From an uncultured virus (IMG/VR IMGVR_UViG_2061766007_000176) (taxonomy: Duplodnaviria; Heunggongvirae; Uroviricota; Caudoviricetes), in IMG/VR virus record IMGVR_UViG_2061766007_000176: DNA of 64,000 bases, one strand, 5' to 3'. Below the pieces are notes generated by a model, which ran no database searches, was not told the DNA's origin, and was given only the letters and a program-made list of their open reading frames with translations. Within the stretch, counting starts at the first letter, position 1, and each line of letters begins with the position of its first letter. Position numbers and translations under genes: made by a program. Shown one piece after another: positions 25,000 to 40,255 of the stretch.

Positions 25000-27900
25000 T
25001 TACCTCCTTACGCTATTATTAGCTTTTGTTTTGGAAGCAATGCGAAGCATCTCTTCCATAATCGTATTAGCCGCGCGCTTGGAGTCATAATCGTCAGCGA
25101 GTTTCTCAATCTAGAGATTGACTTCTGCGCGTTCAATTGTTGTTATATTGGAACTATCTGTGATTGAATCATATGTTGCTTGTGATAAACCATGATATGC
25201 TTCATTATAAGATTTAAGTAAGCTGATAAGAGAATCAGGACGATTAGAGAGAATATTATCGCGAAGAATCTTAGTCTGTGCAGCATTTAATACTGCTTCT
25301 GGCTTCTGTTGAGTACCATGTAGCATTGCTAATCCAGGAATCGTATTAAGACCACCAGATAAATAACCACCAACATAACTTTCATCAGCTTTTTTGGGAT
25401 TATTCTTTTTCCAAGCATCACTTTCTTCTTTACTATGAACAGTTCCAGTTTTTCTATAAGTTCCATCAGATTTTTTAATTCCTATATATTTAGTTTCTTT
25501 TCCTGCCACTTTAGCTGAATAAGTTGAAGTATCAACTTCAGTATAACGCGATGTTTCACCACCAATACCCATAGTGGAACCCGATAATGCATTCATCTCA
25601 TCACGTTTTGCACGGGCTGCGGAATAACTACTATAAGTTCCATTAGGATCTTGTATTGCTACATATCGCCCAGTTTTTTTATCATAGCGAACTGTCCATT
25701 TAGAATTACCATCAGATTCAGTTCCACTAGTAGTTCCATCTCCAGTTCCAGTACTAGCAGGTTCTTCTTCTTTCTTCTTAGTAATTCCATAGTCCTAAGC
25801 CTCCTAAGATTCCCATACTTTACGCGCGGCTGCATTAGGATCACCAGAAGAACTTAACTCTTCAGCATAAATGGCTTTTAACTTATTCTTCTAATCATCA
25901 CTTAATTTACCCCAAGCATCTTTATACTCATTACTATTAGCCATCATGTTACTAAACTAATTCCATTCAGTATCAAGATTCTGACTAGTTAATAATTTAG
26001 CAATTGCTCTAATTTCATCAGATACGGTATCACGATAAGCGACATATTTCTATGCATCAAATATATCCTCTCTAAATTGCTTTGTCATTTCAGTAGGAGA
26101 TTTGCTCCAATAATCGGAATCATTCTACTTAATATACTCAGCAATTTCTTCTGGAGAGCCTTCCATAATCTATGCTACTTGAGTCCAAAGTAATCCATTT
26201 TCTTTCTAATAATCAAGAGTTTCTTGCATTAATTCAATCTAATGGTCTAGACGCTCAAGTTCATTATCAGAAGCCTCCTGTAGAGCATCAATTTGTTTCT
26301 GTTGAGTATCAAAATAAATACTCTATTGTTTTTCTGCAATTTGTTGCTATAAATCTGCGACAACCGCGGCAGAGCCACCCGAACGCTGAGCAATAGCTAA
26401 TTGACGTTGAAGTTTCTATAATTCATCTGCTTCTTGCTATGAACTATACATATCTTGTTCTTTCTATAATTGATCAGATAAACCATCAATTAATTTCTAA
26501 GCAGATTTTTCAATGATATCTCTTTCATCTTTAGCATCATCAATTTCTCTTTGTCTGCTATCTTCAAGAGCTTTTAATACTTTTCCTTCAACGGTAATCT
26601 AGTTGTCTTCAACCTCTTTAAGAAGTTCATTCTAAGCCTACATCTTTTCAAGAACTTTTGTTTTCTGATCTTCAATAGAATCATGTAATTCCTACATTTC
26701 CTATTTATCAGAATCAATTTTAGCCCAGAATGCTTCGATAGCGGCCTTCATATTACCTTCATCATTCTTATCCTTAACCTTAATTTCATTGCCGCTACTG
26801 TCATACTGCATAGCATAACCATAACCCTAAGAAATTAAGTAATCATATTGTTCTTTAACAGTATGATTTGGAGCGCCAGTAGTATCATCGCCACCAAACA
26901 TTTCAGAAAGTTGAGCAAATTTACCAGAAGCATACTTAATTTGTCCATCTTCGTCAAATGTATAAAGTTCTTTAAAAGCACTCTATTCATTTAACTATTT
27001 CTAACGAAGTATAAAATAATCTTCCTATTCTAGCGCTAGCTATTGCGCTGCGGCAACCTCATCTTGTAAATCTTTAAGAGACTTTGCCTAACTCTTAACA
27101 TATGCTTCACCATTTGTAGTTAAATCTGACGCTAGTTTATTACGTAGAGTTTCTTGATAGGTAATCTACTATTCAAGTTTTGCAATCTGTTGTAATAAAT
27201 TATACCAACGTTCAAGATCTTTTATGAAGTTCGCGGCCTTACCACCGCCGCCTCCACCGCCACCTTTACCGGCAAGATCCTTCGCGCTTAAACCTGCCAA
27301 TGCCTACCATTGAGCACGCAATTGTTTTAATGCTGCTAATGCTGCTGAAGCACTGGCTTTTGCTGGACCTCCACCTACATTACCTTTTGCTGAAGCGGGC
27401 AAAGTAATATCTGCGATTGGAGCCTACCATAAGTGTCCATCAACACCACCAAAGGAAGTCTGTATATTATAAGTATAAGTCCATTCTTTACCTTTACCCC
27501 ATTCTGCTGGTACCCAACCTATCGTGAGTGCAGGACCACTATAATTACCTTTAGCAAAAGAAATAGCATTTGTTTCATTAGTGAAAGGTTTACCACGAGA
27601 ACCAATACTACCATTATTTAATAAATTGGCAGTTTGCTTATGATTAAATACAATAGCATCCTTCTATAGATTAACAAATTCCGCTCCAGACTGACCAGCA
27701 ACAAAATATTTTCCATTTGATACTACTAATTCGGGGCCGAGTTCACCCATAAGCGTTGGGGTTCCTGCGGCTAAAGCAATGTTTCCTTTTGCTTTAGTAG
27801 GACCGGTCAATCCCTTTACTACCTATACTACAATATTCGCTGTAGCCTAAACATTTTTTCCTTCGATAGAAATGTTGTTTAATGCAGTTTTAGCATTCTC

Positions 27901-30900
27901 CGCCGGAGCAGATTTAATATCATTTAAATATTTAGCAGCATCTTTTGCACCAGACGGATCAATAGTTTGTAAGGACTCAATAATAGAACTGATCGCTTCA
28001 AAATTACCACCTTCTGGGGTAATGCTGCTATCTCCAGCTCCATCAATAGACCAATGAATACCAAGTCTATTTAATCCATCAACTATTTGATCATATGAAA
28101 CGCCCTGTAAATCCTATAGTGCAGAGAACATGTTACTTAATGCAGTTGCTGCCTCTTTGAGATTAGTAGCATCAACATCTTTTAAGGCTGCAATAATAGA
28201 AGGAATAGCATCTTGAATACCACGAGAAATATTTTCTTCAAGAAGCTAATCTAAGCCTAATGATTTTAATATAGCAGATTTAGTTTTACCAAGATCTTTT
28301 TCCCCATTAAGCTCAACTTCTTCAGCATCAAGAGAAATAGTAAGATCACCTAATTTACAAGTATAATTTCCTTTTCCATCAGACTATATATCATTCTCAG
28401 TAAGTTTTCCTATGCCTTCTAATACATCTTCCCTATATTTAGATGAAGTAGTTAAGTCTACTTCTATCTCTGGATTCACTGTCAAAACAGCTTTGGTCTT
28501 AATGGTTTTACGCTATCCGTATACTTTCCAGGCATATTCCTCTAAAGAATCGTAACCAGCATGGTCCCTATCATAATTTACTTCTATAGCCTTTTCTAAA
28601 GAAGGATAACCTTTATTATCATTAGCTATATAATGAATTCCTTTTTCATCTGCTTCTACTCGTATTTCAGTTGTAACTCCAGCAGCTCCTTGATATTCAA
28701 CTGGAATATAAGCTTTAGTTTTGTCTTCGTTCATTTCTATTTTTGTACTATCAAAACCAGCTTGTTCTAAAGCTGCTGCGCCTAAAACACCATTAGTAAT
28801 ATCGTTACCAGAATACTCATGACCATTAAATCTAATTACTATAGTATTATCGCGCACTGTGCCTTGTCCCGATAATACCAAAGCCCACTACATTGTTACC
28901 TAATCAAGTTCTTCACCAGCCACATATCTTGTTAGAGCATCAGTTAACTAGCTTCTTTGTGCGCCAGTGGCTTCCATTAAATTACGAACTGTTTGAGAAT
29001 CCCAATTAATAGATGTTTCTCCACTAGAAGTAAATATAAGAGTAGTATTTCCAACGTCTATCGTTATTGGAGTATCGAATATACCCGCAGCGGCGAATTC
29101 CTAACGAACACTTTCAGCAATATTATCTAAATCATAATTACCAGATTTAGCAGCCTAAACCATAGCATTAATTAAAGAAGCATAAACCTATCCTACTTGT
29201 TGATTATCCTAAAAAGCAGATTCATCCCACTCTAATATTTTTGCAAATGCAATATCTTCACCATTAACATGTAAAGTAATTCCATTAATAGCATTTGCTA
29301 AATCTTCATTATAATTTTTAGAGTCTTTCTTAATTTTATCTCTAATGTCATCAACCCATTTTTTATAATCAGCACTAAATTTTTCATAATTTACTTGTTT
29401 ACCATTTTCATCATAGGTTACTTCAAATAAATCACTTAAATCAATACCATTCTTGTCAGTATCAATGTCGCCCAAAGCTTCCATTTGAACTATAAGTTCA
29501 AGCATAGCAATTAATCCATCAAGCATTTTTACTTGAGATTTAGCCATTGCCTAAATACCATCAGTAACACTTTGCTACATAAATGAGGCACTAGAACTTA
29601 AATCAGCGCTAATCGCGCCCAAATTAACCTTTAATTCACCAGTATCAACCGTGGTTAAAGCCTCTGCGCCTTTCTAAATTAATTCAGCCGCAGCTTCCAT
29701 ACTGCCATCTAATTTAACTCCAGCAAGTTCAATTGGACCGCCTAATGCTGCAATATTGTTCATTTCTGTAACAATATTATACCAATCAGTATAATCCATA
29801 AAACCGGATTTACCAGCTTTTTTAACTTTATAAGCATCTCTAATAGTCTAAAATGCCTATGCCCAATTCTTTGCATAATTTAACGGATTATTCTAGCCAC
29901 CCGGAATTTTATTAGACATAAAGTTAAATGAAGAATCTTCAGTAGTAGAACGTACTTCTAAAATCTAATTTGCTATCTCTAATTCCGCTTCATACTATCT
30001 TAATCTAGCGCTAGAAACATTAGAATCGGCGGCATAAGTACCATTTCTAATTTTAGCAATATGCGCCGCTAAAGCCGATGTTGTTTTAAAATTTTCATTA
30101 TTTTTTTGTAATGATTCACTTAATTCATCAAATACTAACTAGGCTTTAATTTTATTAACTTGAGAAAGAGCGTAATATAATTTAATAGCACTAGTTTCAG
30201 ATAATTTTAGACCATTGGCAGTTTCAGTAAAATCTAACTATCCTTCAAGTCCAAACATATCCGCATAAATCTATAGTAAAGATTTATCTGCATTACTTAA
30301 AGAACCATCTAATCCATTTTTAATTAAAGTACTTATTTTATCAAAGAAAGCATTAACACTATCTGCGACAACATCTTCAAAACCTTCAATTTTTGATGTA
30401 TCAATACTTGTAATATCTACAATCCAAGTACCTAATGCTTCATTATAATATGCAATACCCTAATTAACTAAATCAGAAATTTTTAAATTATAAGTATCGG
30501 CAAAAGTTTTTAATTGTTCTTCAGTAGCACCAAAGGTTTTTGTATCATAGAACTATACATCTTTAAAACTATCTGTAGTTTGTTTTTTATGTTCTTTATT
30601 CCAAGCATTTAAAAATAGACTGTTCTGTTCAGTTAATGTTTTACCGGCATTTTCTGCTAAATTCGCGATCCATATAGCAAATTCCTATGCGGTCATCTCC
30701 TGAGCATTGGCTATAGCATTGGCAATAGCATCTTTACCAAAACCAATTTGTATATAATCTTCAGCATATAAAGAGTCTAAATCTTTATTAATTAAATCAT
30801 CAATAAAATTACTATAGCCTTCTTGAATCTGTTTAACAGCATTTTTAATATCTGGTTGTTCTAATTCCCAGTCCTCGTATCTCGCGCCTCGAGCAAGTTC

Positions 30901-33900
30901 ATATAGACGGGCTATACCATCGGTACTAATTTTTTCTTTTTCCTCTCCTGTTGCTGCTTTTTTTCTTGCGTCTTCATATAATTTGCGAATAGATTCATAA
31001 TTTCCCTATTGCCATTGAATAGATTTTACAATTGAATCATTAGCTAACTACATATAAGACCAGTAAGTATCATTAAGTTCAGAAGTTTCTTTCATTCCTT
31101 GAAGAATAATTTCTCCAACATTTTCATTAGTAACACTAGATGCCCATTTAGCACTCTTAAATTTACCATCTTCCATCTCAGTTATAATATATTTACTATA
31201 ATCTTTTCCTAATATAGTTTCTAATGCTCTACGAACGTTTTCGTTACCTAAATCTATATCATGTAATGTTAATGATGATAAATCAGTCGCACTAAAATCA
31301 GTACCTTCTGGCATCCCTGTAACAAGCTCCATTGCATCATTTAAAGTCTTTTCCCAGGTCTTAGACTGCTCATTCATGTAGTTATATTGAGCTTGCCAAT
31401 ATTCTAAAGCTTTTTCTGAACTTAATACAAATTTATCTCCATCAATCTTAAAATCTTGTAAAGATAATAATGGGTTTTCACCATCTTTGGTAGGAGCAAT
31501 TAGTTCAGCATTGTCAATAAGTTCTTGCGCTTCCTTCATATCCATACCAGAAGTAAGCTTTTTAAACTTTTTACTAGTGTCATCCCAAGTATCAAGTAGA
31601 TTATCTGTAGCTGCCTAAATAGTTAATTGTAAATTATGTGAAACAGCATCATAAAATTCTGTTAATGTTGAAATAATTTCACTCTAATCATCAATATCAG
31701 ACTAAGATTTAGCAATCTCAATAACTTTACGCACACCTTCGGTTGTACTTAATCCATATTTTTGTATTGCTTCTAAAACTGCCTATCTAGACTACAAAGA
31801 GATATCTCCAGAATTTAGCTTTGTATGTAATGTTGTAGCGCTCGTTTCATATGATTGAGCTAATTCTTCATATCCTAATTTTTGTAAGCTCAAAATATTA
31901 TCAATTACAGAATTAAAATAACTTCTATCATAATTAGTAAAATCAACACTAGATGTTAAAACAATACCGCGTAATCGAGTTAAAAGATAATTATCTCGCC
32001 CTGGATTACGATTATCAATATTAGCAGTAATTGCCTTTTTTATCGCCGCACTATTCTCTTCCGATCTAGCCTTAATTATATCAAATAAAGCATCATCCAT
32101 CGTAATACCATTCTCATTAAGATATCCTTGAATATCTTTGGCATTATAATGTTCAGGTTCATTTAACATTTTAGTCAATGTATCCGTAATTAATTGATTA
32201 TTAGTATCATACCGTTCTTGAATATTACTCCAAAAAAGTTCTGACTAGGCTACTAAATCATTTGCAACATCAAAACCCTCATCAGTTAGCCATGTAGCTA
32301 AATTCTTAGATTTATCACTTCTTGCCTCATATTTTTTCATTACCTCACCGGTAATTAATGATTTAAAACCGGATTTATCAGTTACAAACTAGTTTTCACC
32401 ATAATATTCATCAAACCATAAGCCTACACTTTTTTTCTCAGTAGATTCTATTAAATTATCAATTTCACTATAATCAATTAATTTTCCAGCAACCTTACCT
32501 TTTGCTTTATTTAATTTTACTAATTGTTCTCTTGCTTCCTCAGATAGTTCTTCTGATGCTAATAATGTAGTAATAATTGTATTAACATATGAGAAAGCTG
32601 CATCCTGTTGTTTTTTAGTGGCCTTGTCATCTTGCATTAATTTATTATATTCTTCGATTGCTTCACCTAAAATATCAAAATCATCTAAAGATTCTGTTGT
32701 ATTATCTAAACGAGCGAGTAATTTCGTATCTTTAATCTTATCTTTCGCATCCAATAAAATACTAGAATGTTCTATTGCTGTATCAGTAATTTCCTATTCT
32801 ATATTATTTATTTCACCTAAAAACTCATACATCGATTGAGCATATTGATAGAACCCTTCACCATAATTTTCAGTAACCCATTTTTCAGTGTTATTAAGAA
32901 AATCTCCTAAAAACGCATATGATTTTTCAAAATCTATATCTTCACCGTTATAGCCGCCATTATGTTGTAAGAGTAGTAATAAATTTCTAGCATTTTGATC
33001 ACTATCCCAATGGAGCCAACGTAAATCAAACGCACTAGTTAAATCTTTTTTAGGATCTTTTGACCAAGATAAATTATTAGAAAGAGTTCTTCTATGATCG
33101 TAAAGATAAGCATCATTCATCCATTTTGGAATTTTTTGTGCTAAATTATCTTCTAATGCTTGCCGTTCTCCAAATTTTTGTTCAGTCCTAGCCTCTCTAA
33201 GAATACCCTAACTTTCACCATAAAATGTCTTACTCTCATTCTTGGCTTCTCTTAAAGCTTTTTCTTTTTTTGCTTTTAAAGTTTCTAATTCTGCTTGCGC
33301 TGCTTCATAAGCTGTTTGAGCTGCTTTTTCTCTCGCAGCTGTTAATGCCTATTCAGCATTAATAGTATCAATAATAGCATTACCAGATTCATCAAAACCA
33401 CTAACTAATTCTGGGAATTTATTAGCCAAATCATCTACAGCTGTTTGATATTCTTCTGCCGCTTCTGCGCTCTCATAACGTTTTTCTTTTAATTCATCAA
33501 TCTTTTTTATACTACTATCTAGCTCTTTATAATCTGATTTAGCTTCTTTAGCCTTGTTTGTTGCTTCTTCTGCTTCTTTTTCTAATCTTTCTATTTTTTC
33601 TTCTTCGGTTTCTACTATCATGTTAATACCATTAACAACAGCCATGATGCCCATTGCTATTGCTAACCATGGATTAGAAGCAGCAGAAGCTTTACTAATA
33701 GCATCAACAACTCTAATAGCACCACCAAGAGTCATTATAGCACCAGCAAGCTATTGTCCACTACGACTCGTTTTATCAATTAAATTAGAAATCATAGTAA
33801 GAGCCATACCAAAGCCACCCATTTGGCTAGGTATTTTTTTAACTACATTTACAGCTTGAGTACCAAAATTTATAAATTTAGCTCCTAAACTATCTATTGT

Positions 33901-36900
33901 ACCAGTTAAATCATGAGGAATTAAATTCATAAAAGCAGCTTTAATACCATTACCAGTCTCTGATGCTGTTGCATGAAGACTCTAAAAAGCTACCTAAAGA
34001 TTCTAAAGTGCTTCCTCAGTTTTTGGGAAATTAGAAGCCGATTCTTCAATAGCCCCAGTGCCACTATTTGGCGCTGCTATCATAGGAGCAGGGGCAGAGC
34101 CAGGAACCTCTCCATTCGATGGCGCCGATCCTACGGTACCAGTACCTTCTTGTACCTATGGTTTTACAGGTAGTTTAGCAGGCTCACTTTCCTCCACTTC
34201 CTTTTTAACCTCGTTAGCCGCCTCGGTACCAGCACCATCTTGTGCCTATGCTCCTACAGGTAGTTCAGCAGTAGTATTCTAGCTTTCATCTACAATTGTA
34301 TCTGCTGCAGCTTCGCCACTGCCAACTCGTGCTTCACCCTCTACAGGTACTTCTGCAGGTTTATCTGATGCTTCTTTAGCAATTTGTTCTGCAGCATTTG
34401 TACCTGTACCCTCTTGTGCTTTACCCGCGACAGGCACTTCTGCAGGTTCAGTTGGAGTAAGGTGCATTTCTTTTTGCTCAGATATTATTCTGTCAAATAA
34501 TGTCTTATCATCAAATTTTAAACTACTAGCTTCAGATGCAAGCATTCTATCTTCACGAGTAACACCTAATTCTTTATAACGTCTCTAACGATCTTCATCT
34601 ACTGCCTATTCTTCTTCAGATAAAATACGAGATTTTTCTAGATAATCTTTTTTATGAAAAATACCCTTAAGACCACTATATTCCTAATTAAGTGCTTGGC
34701 GTCTTGCATCGATACTTTCATTCGAGGCCCTAGCTTCCTAATCAATTTTCTTTTCTTCCTATACTCTCCTATAAGCATCTGCGATCGCACGAACATCTGC
34801 TTCAGTACGATTTGGATACTATTCATGATATCTAGCTTCTTCCTATTTAAGACGTTCTGCTTCTTCCTGTTTACGAACGGCCTCTGCTTCTTCCTATTTA
34901 CGGGCAGCTTCAGCTTCTTTCTATTGACGAATGGCTTCTGCTTCTTTCTGAGCGTCAGCTTCTTTCTATTGACGAATAGCTTCTGATCTTTTCTCTGCTG
35001 TATCCGTATCATTTGCAATACGTGATAATAAAGCTGAAGAATCTTTAGTAAGATCAGTTTGCCTACTAGTTCTAATAAACTCTATACCACGGCGCTAGTC
35101 CTCGATGCGTTGATTAAAGTTTTTATTTGCTATTCCATATTGTTTATAAGTATTATTTAATTCTGTAAGTTCTAGTTTTTCTTTCCCATAAACCGGAAAA
35201 TAATCACCATGTGCTTCTACGCCAGATCCACGACGAGCTATCTAATCCTCTAATGAAGCCACATTTTGTCTAGCTTCTCTAAGAGCATCCTATTTATCTT
35301 TAGATAAAGCCATAATTTCATCAGGATGTTGGTCTTTAAATTCACGAATTTCAGCATCTGTCGCGCCATTTCTTCTTTTATCTAATATTATCTAATTATA
35401 AGCTGTGGCAGCTTCATCCTCTAGTGAATCTCGCTTTTGTCGCCATGGATCAAGTTCAGCCTATAGTGGAGCAATATCTTGTTTAGTTCTACTCGTTATT
35501 TCTTTACGAGAAGTTCTATATTGTTGAAGCTATTCTTCAGTTAAGCCATTTTTATCTAAAACTAATAATTGCGGTAATGCTTCAGTCTCCGCAGTGGCAC
35601 GCTCATCAATCTACTAAGAGCCATAAGCTACTCCAGATTTAACAAATTCCTATTGCCATCTTCCTGCCCACTAATAAAATTCTTTAGGAGCTAAACCCTA
35701 ATTAAAATCTCCTAATGTCATATTAGAGGTAACTGATTTCATCATTGATTTAGTGGCTTCATCAATTTCTGGCCCTAAACTTTCAATTTGTTCAATAATA
35801 GAAGCTTTAAAAGAATCAAAACTATTATTATCAAATTTCATAGACGACTCTAAAGCATTAACAATACTTATACCAGCTTGTCGCGCCATATTAACTGCTT
35901 CAGCAGCAGCAGCGGTTATCTAAGATGATAAACTAGAAATAAGATTTTCTCCATTAATTGAAGAAAAAGATTGATTTTCTAATAAAGTAAATAAATCAAC
36001 ATTACCACCAGCCATAGCCACCGCATTACGCTCATTTGTAATAGGATGACCAGTCCCAAAAGTAGATTCCTTTCTTAATAAATCATCTGTCTATAAATGA
36101 TTAAATACTATAGCATCTGGTGGTAAACTTACCATTTCTGGACCACTTTGTCCAGCAATAAAATACTAACCATTAGATACATACATTTCCGGACCTAATT
36201 CACCCATTAATACCTGAACATTACCACTTGCTGAGGCTGGGCCTCCGGTAACGGGTCCTCCATTTATACCTCCAGAAACATTAGGCTAATCTGCCTATAT
36301 ATGTAATGTAGGATTAGCATCTTCTATTTTAGCTATTGTAGAATCAACTACTTGTAAAGCTGGATCATTATTAGCATTAACTGTTAAAACTGGTTTTTCT
36401 GTCTCAAGTGCGTTTTTAACCTCCTCCGCTGCTGCGATAGAGGTCTCTATTTGACCTTCTGCGGCAATAGCACCAGCAGGAGCAGCTTCCGCACTTTGAG
36501 CTAAAATTTCATTTTTTTGTGCATAAGCGTCCGCTTCAACACGCGCGGCCTCAGCATTCATCAAAGACTATTGAGTAGTATCCACCACTCGCTCTGTAGT
36601 AGGCTTCATTACCTACTCGGCTACTTCTGGTTTCGCTGCAGGCTAATTTAAATCGTTCTAAGCTTTTTCTGTTCCTTTACCAATCTAATTACTTAATTCT
36701 TGTCCAGTTTTTTGTAATTCAGGTGCTTTCTTTTCAGCCTCTGTTTCAGCTCCTTTCTGATATGCATCTAATGCTTCTTTTGCTTTTGCAGCTAATTCAC
36801 CAACTGGTAATGATTTAAGAATCATAGAAGAAATACCAGATAATAAATGCTAACCAACAGATTTAAGCACCATAACAATATCTCCAATCATGCTTATAGC

Positions 36901-39201
36901 GCCAATTGGAATTTTACCAAATAATTTTGGAAGACCATTAAGTGTATTCATAAAATCGGTTAAGCCACCCAATGCTCCTTTCCACATATCTTCAGCACCA
37001 ATGCTGGTATACATCTACTAATATGCTACTTTTAACTATTCTTGTTTAGTTTCAATTGAATCTAAAGTTTTTAAAGCCTAAATATCACCAGTATCCTCAC
37101 TATTTTCAGCATAGGCTAAATTAGATTTTAATAAATCAACATTACTAACCAACGCTAAAAAACGTGATTGCTGTCTATTACCGGCAAATTGTGTAGCGAT
37201 ATAACGTTGCTAAACACTATCTAATGTATCCCATTTTTCACCTAATTCAATAATGACATCTGTCATATTACGGAATTGACCTGTACTATCTTTTAATGAG
37301 ATACCAACTGTTTGTAAAGCTGTATCAACTTTATTATAAGAAAGAGCCTCTCCCTCTTCATCAATCATAGAAGAAACATCTTTCTTCATTTCACCATAAC
37401 GAGCAGCAATTGATTTCATAGCTGAACCAATATTAGTAGAAGATTCACGAGTAACAGCCACCATTGTAGCAATCATCGCAGATGATTCTTCAAATGAAGC
37501 TCCAACACTTTCTAATGAAGAAGCAGTTTTAGACATACCAATAGCTAATTCACCCTGGGTGACAGCAGTATGAGATGCTAAATTACTATAAACATCCACG
37601 ACTCTTGAAGCATCAGTCGCTTCTAACTTAAATCCACGAATAGCTGTTGTCATATAGTCCGTAGATTCAGCATAATCTAAACCAGAGATTTTACTTAATT
37701 TTAATGTTTCATTAGTTAATGTTAATACATCTTCCTATTTAAGACCCTATTGATAATAAATCTATGAAACTTCATATGCTCCTTTAATAGAAACACCATA
37801 TTTCTAAGCCATCTTGCTATAGGCATCTATTTGATCCCATAAATCACCTGTAGACATATCTGTAACGATAGAAATTTTATTCATTACAGAATCTAGATCC
37901 TTAATATGTGATGCAGCTTCTTTTACAGCACGTTTTGTCAAATTTAATACTTGATAGAAACCCATAAAATTGCTAATAGCCATTTTCATATTAGAAAATG
38001 TTCTAGAAGCCTATTCATATCTTAAATATTCAGTATTAGTAGATTTTAATGTATTACGATAGTTTTCAAGTGCAGCATTTCCCTAATCAATACCTTTCTT
38101 TATACCATTATTAGCTAATGCGCGTTCTGTATCTGTTGAAAAAGCCAATATAGCTTCTCGCGCGGCCTAAGCCTTTTGCTAAAATTCTGTAAAAGCGACT
38201 CCAACTTCTCCAGCCCCAGCGCCATTAGCACCAGTATCACTAGCTGTCTAAAACTTATTAAGAAGTTCCTAATATTTATTATATGCTTCTTCTGCTTCTG
38301 TTAAAGATCTCTATAATTTATCTGATTTAGCAAAAGTAGAATTAGTTAGAGCTCTAGTAAACATATTCTCTTTACCCATACTAGTAAAGATCTTATTTAA
38401 TTTTGCTACTCCACCTTTTTGTCCTAAATCAGCCTAAAGTTTACTAATATCGGCGTCACTCAATGAATAAATCTCTTTTAAATACTCTAAAAACTATTGT
38501 TTCATTGGAGTTTCGCCCGCGCCGGCGCGTTTAAAAATAGCTTCCCCTTTATCATTTTTAGTAAAAAATCTATCAAAAGCGGCCTATCCAATAGCTTCTG
38601 AAGAAATACCATTTGTAGTTAAGGATTCAATACGTTTTCCCTAACTAGCTTTCTGACCATTAAATTCTGCTAACTTCTATTTAGCATTAACCATTTTCCT
38701 ACTCAATTCCTAAGTTTTGCGATCAACCATATCAAATAATTGATCAAAATTCTTTTCCATATACTTAGGATCCATATTAGAAAATAAATCTTGAGTAGTA
38801 GAATCAGATAAAATATTACCTTTTACCTTTTCTTTTATCTAGTCAAATTTAGCCGCAGCATCTTCTAATGTTTTATTTAAACTATCCCATTGAGCCTACT
38901 ATTCACCAGACAATTTAATTTCTGGGAATTTAATTTCGCCCATAGCAATCTTAGCTTTATCTAAGATAGTTTCCATTCGTTCAATAGATTTATTACCACG
39001 ATTAAATTGACTCTAATTACTAAAAGCACGAGAAGTTAAAGCCTAAAATTGAGTCATCTCTTTAGTCATGTCTTGAATATATTTACTAATTGTTCTAAAA
39101 CTCTATGTATTAGGTTTTAAATTAGATAAAATATTCTATAACTCACTGATAGAACCTTTTAATAATTCTAACCGAACTGGAATATTAATTTCTGCCGGCA
39201 T
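25000..39201 (-). CDS. giant tape measure protein (~4730 aa, TAG-rich)
   Basis: Tape-measure core at 37.2-38 kb (MTTAIRGF..VVDVYS..IGSAMKSIAAR..LGEKWDTL); 13 ORF-track fragments all in one frame; C-terminal 'AMLHGT..PEAVLNA' motif; not every codon was checked for TAA/TGA. Confidence 0.85.
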
Positions 39202-39228
39202 ATCTATCATCTCCTTTCACACGAATAA

Positions 39229-39262
39229 TAAAAAAAGAGCCACTTTCATAAAGAAAGTGGCT
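39229..39262 (-). terminator. intrinsic terminator upstream of the tape measure gene
   Basis: AGCCACTTTC/GAAAGTGGCT stem followed by a T-tract on the - strand. Confidence 0.75.
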
Positions 39263-39265
39263 ATA

Positions 39266-40189
39266 TTAGATGTCCGCATCCATCGGTTCCCCGAGACGCG
39301 TAATTTCCATAATTAAATTTTTCTAATCTCCAACAGTTTCTGGTAATCCAATGATATTAAAAGTAGAAACAGTGGGATCGGCCCTTTCTCCCAATCGTAA
39401 GTTAATGTTACTTACAATCCTAACTTTCGGCATATACAATATATTTGTATAATTATTGCCCTCATTTTCATCCTTTGAGTAAAACTTTGCTTCAAGTGTG
39501 AAAAGACCATTAAATCTTTCTTTCTACACACTATAAATCAAGGCTTCGTCCTCATATTTATAGTAGTAGTCAATCACATATTTCCTATCATTTTCTACCG
39601 GAATACATAATTTTTTATCCTAAAATAATCCTAAAACATTATAATGATCAATACCTAAAGTATCCAAATAATGTGCTTGATATTCACCATAAACCTTTTT
39701 CTAAATTGCTTTAGTATCAAAATCAAATATAAATATTTTTTTATCTGGATAAAAAATAGGCTCGTGTTCCAATTCAATAAAAGGAACATCTATTTCTTGC
39801 TCCTAACCATTCTCTATAATAGTTTTTTTATACTTATTAAACGAGAAATAAGGACCTTCTTTTTTATTTATATATAAAGGCTTATCTTTTCCACCACCAG
39901 AAAGAACATTTGCACTTAACAAAATACTCATTCCAACGGAGGACATAACACCTTCAATCATCTAAAACTAAACTTCACTTCTTTCATCCCATATTACTCT
40001 TGGCATATTTGCCCAGCCGCCTCGCGCGAACACTGGTCTATTCTATTCAGTAAGAAGTGACATATTTACATTATCAAAATATAGGACAGGTTCATCAGCT
40101 TCAATATATCTGTCCCCAAATTGCATGGGATTTTTCGCGCGAAGAACAACCTCATACAATTCTTTATGTCCAAAATACTAATCATTCAT
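39266..40189 (-). CDS. tail-tube-like minor tail protein, paralog of the major tail protein (TAG read through; absent from the ORF track)
   Basis: FGHKELYEV...GGWANMPRVIWD parallels YGIKEVANV...GGWGNPKLVQWD of 40256..41188. Confidence 0.7.
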
Positions 40190-40207
40190 AGGTATCACCA
40201 CCTATCT

Positions 40208-40241
40208 AAAAAAATAAAGGGCTTCCCATTTGGGAAGCCCC
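40208..40241 (-). terminator. intrinsic terminator after the major tail gene
   Basis: GGGCTTCCCA/TGGGAAGCCC stem and T-tract on the - strand. Confidence 0.8.
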
Positions 40242-40255
40242 ATTATTTAGTTCAA

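Noticed and set aside
34638..35018. Lys/Arg-rich and Phe-rich repeat ORFs
   Set aside because: Alternative-frame and antisense readings of the tape-measure EAEA repeat
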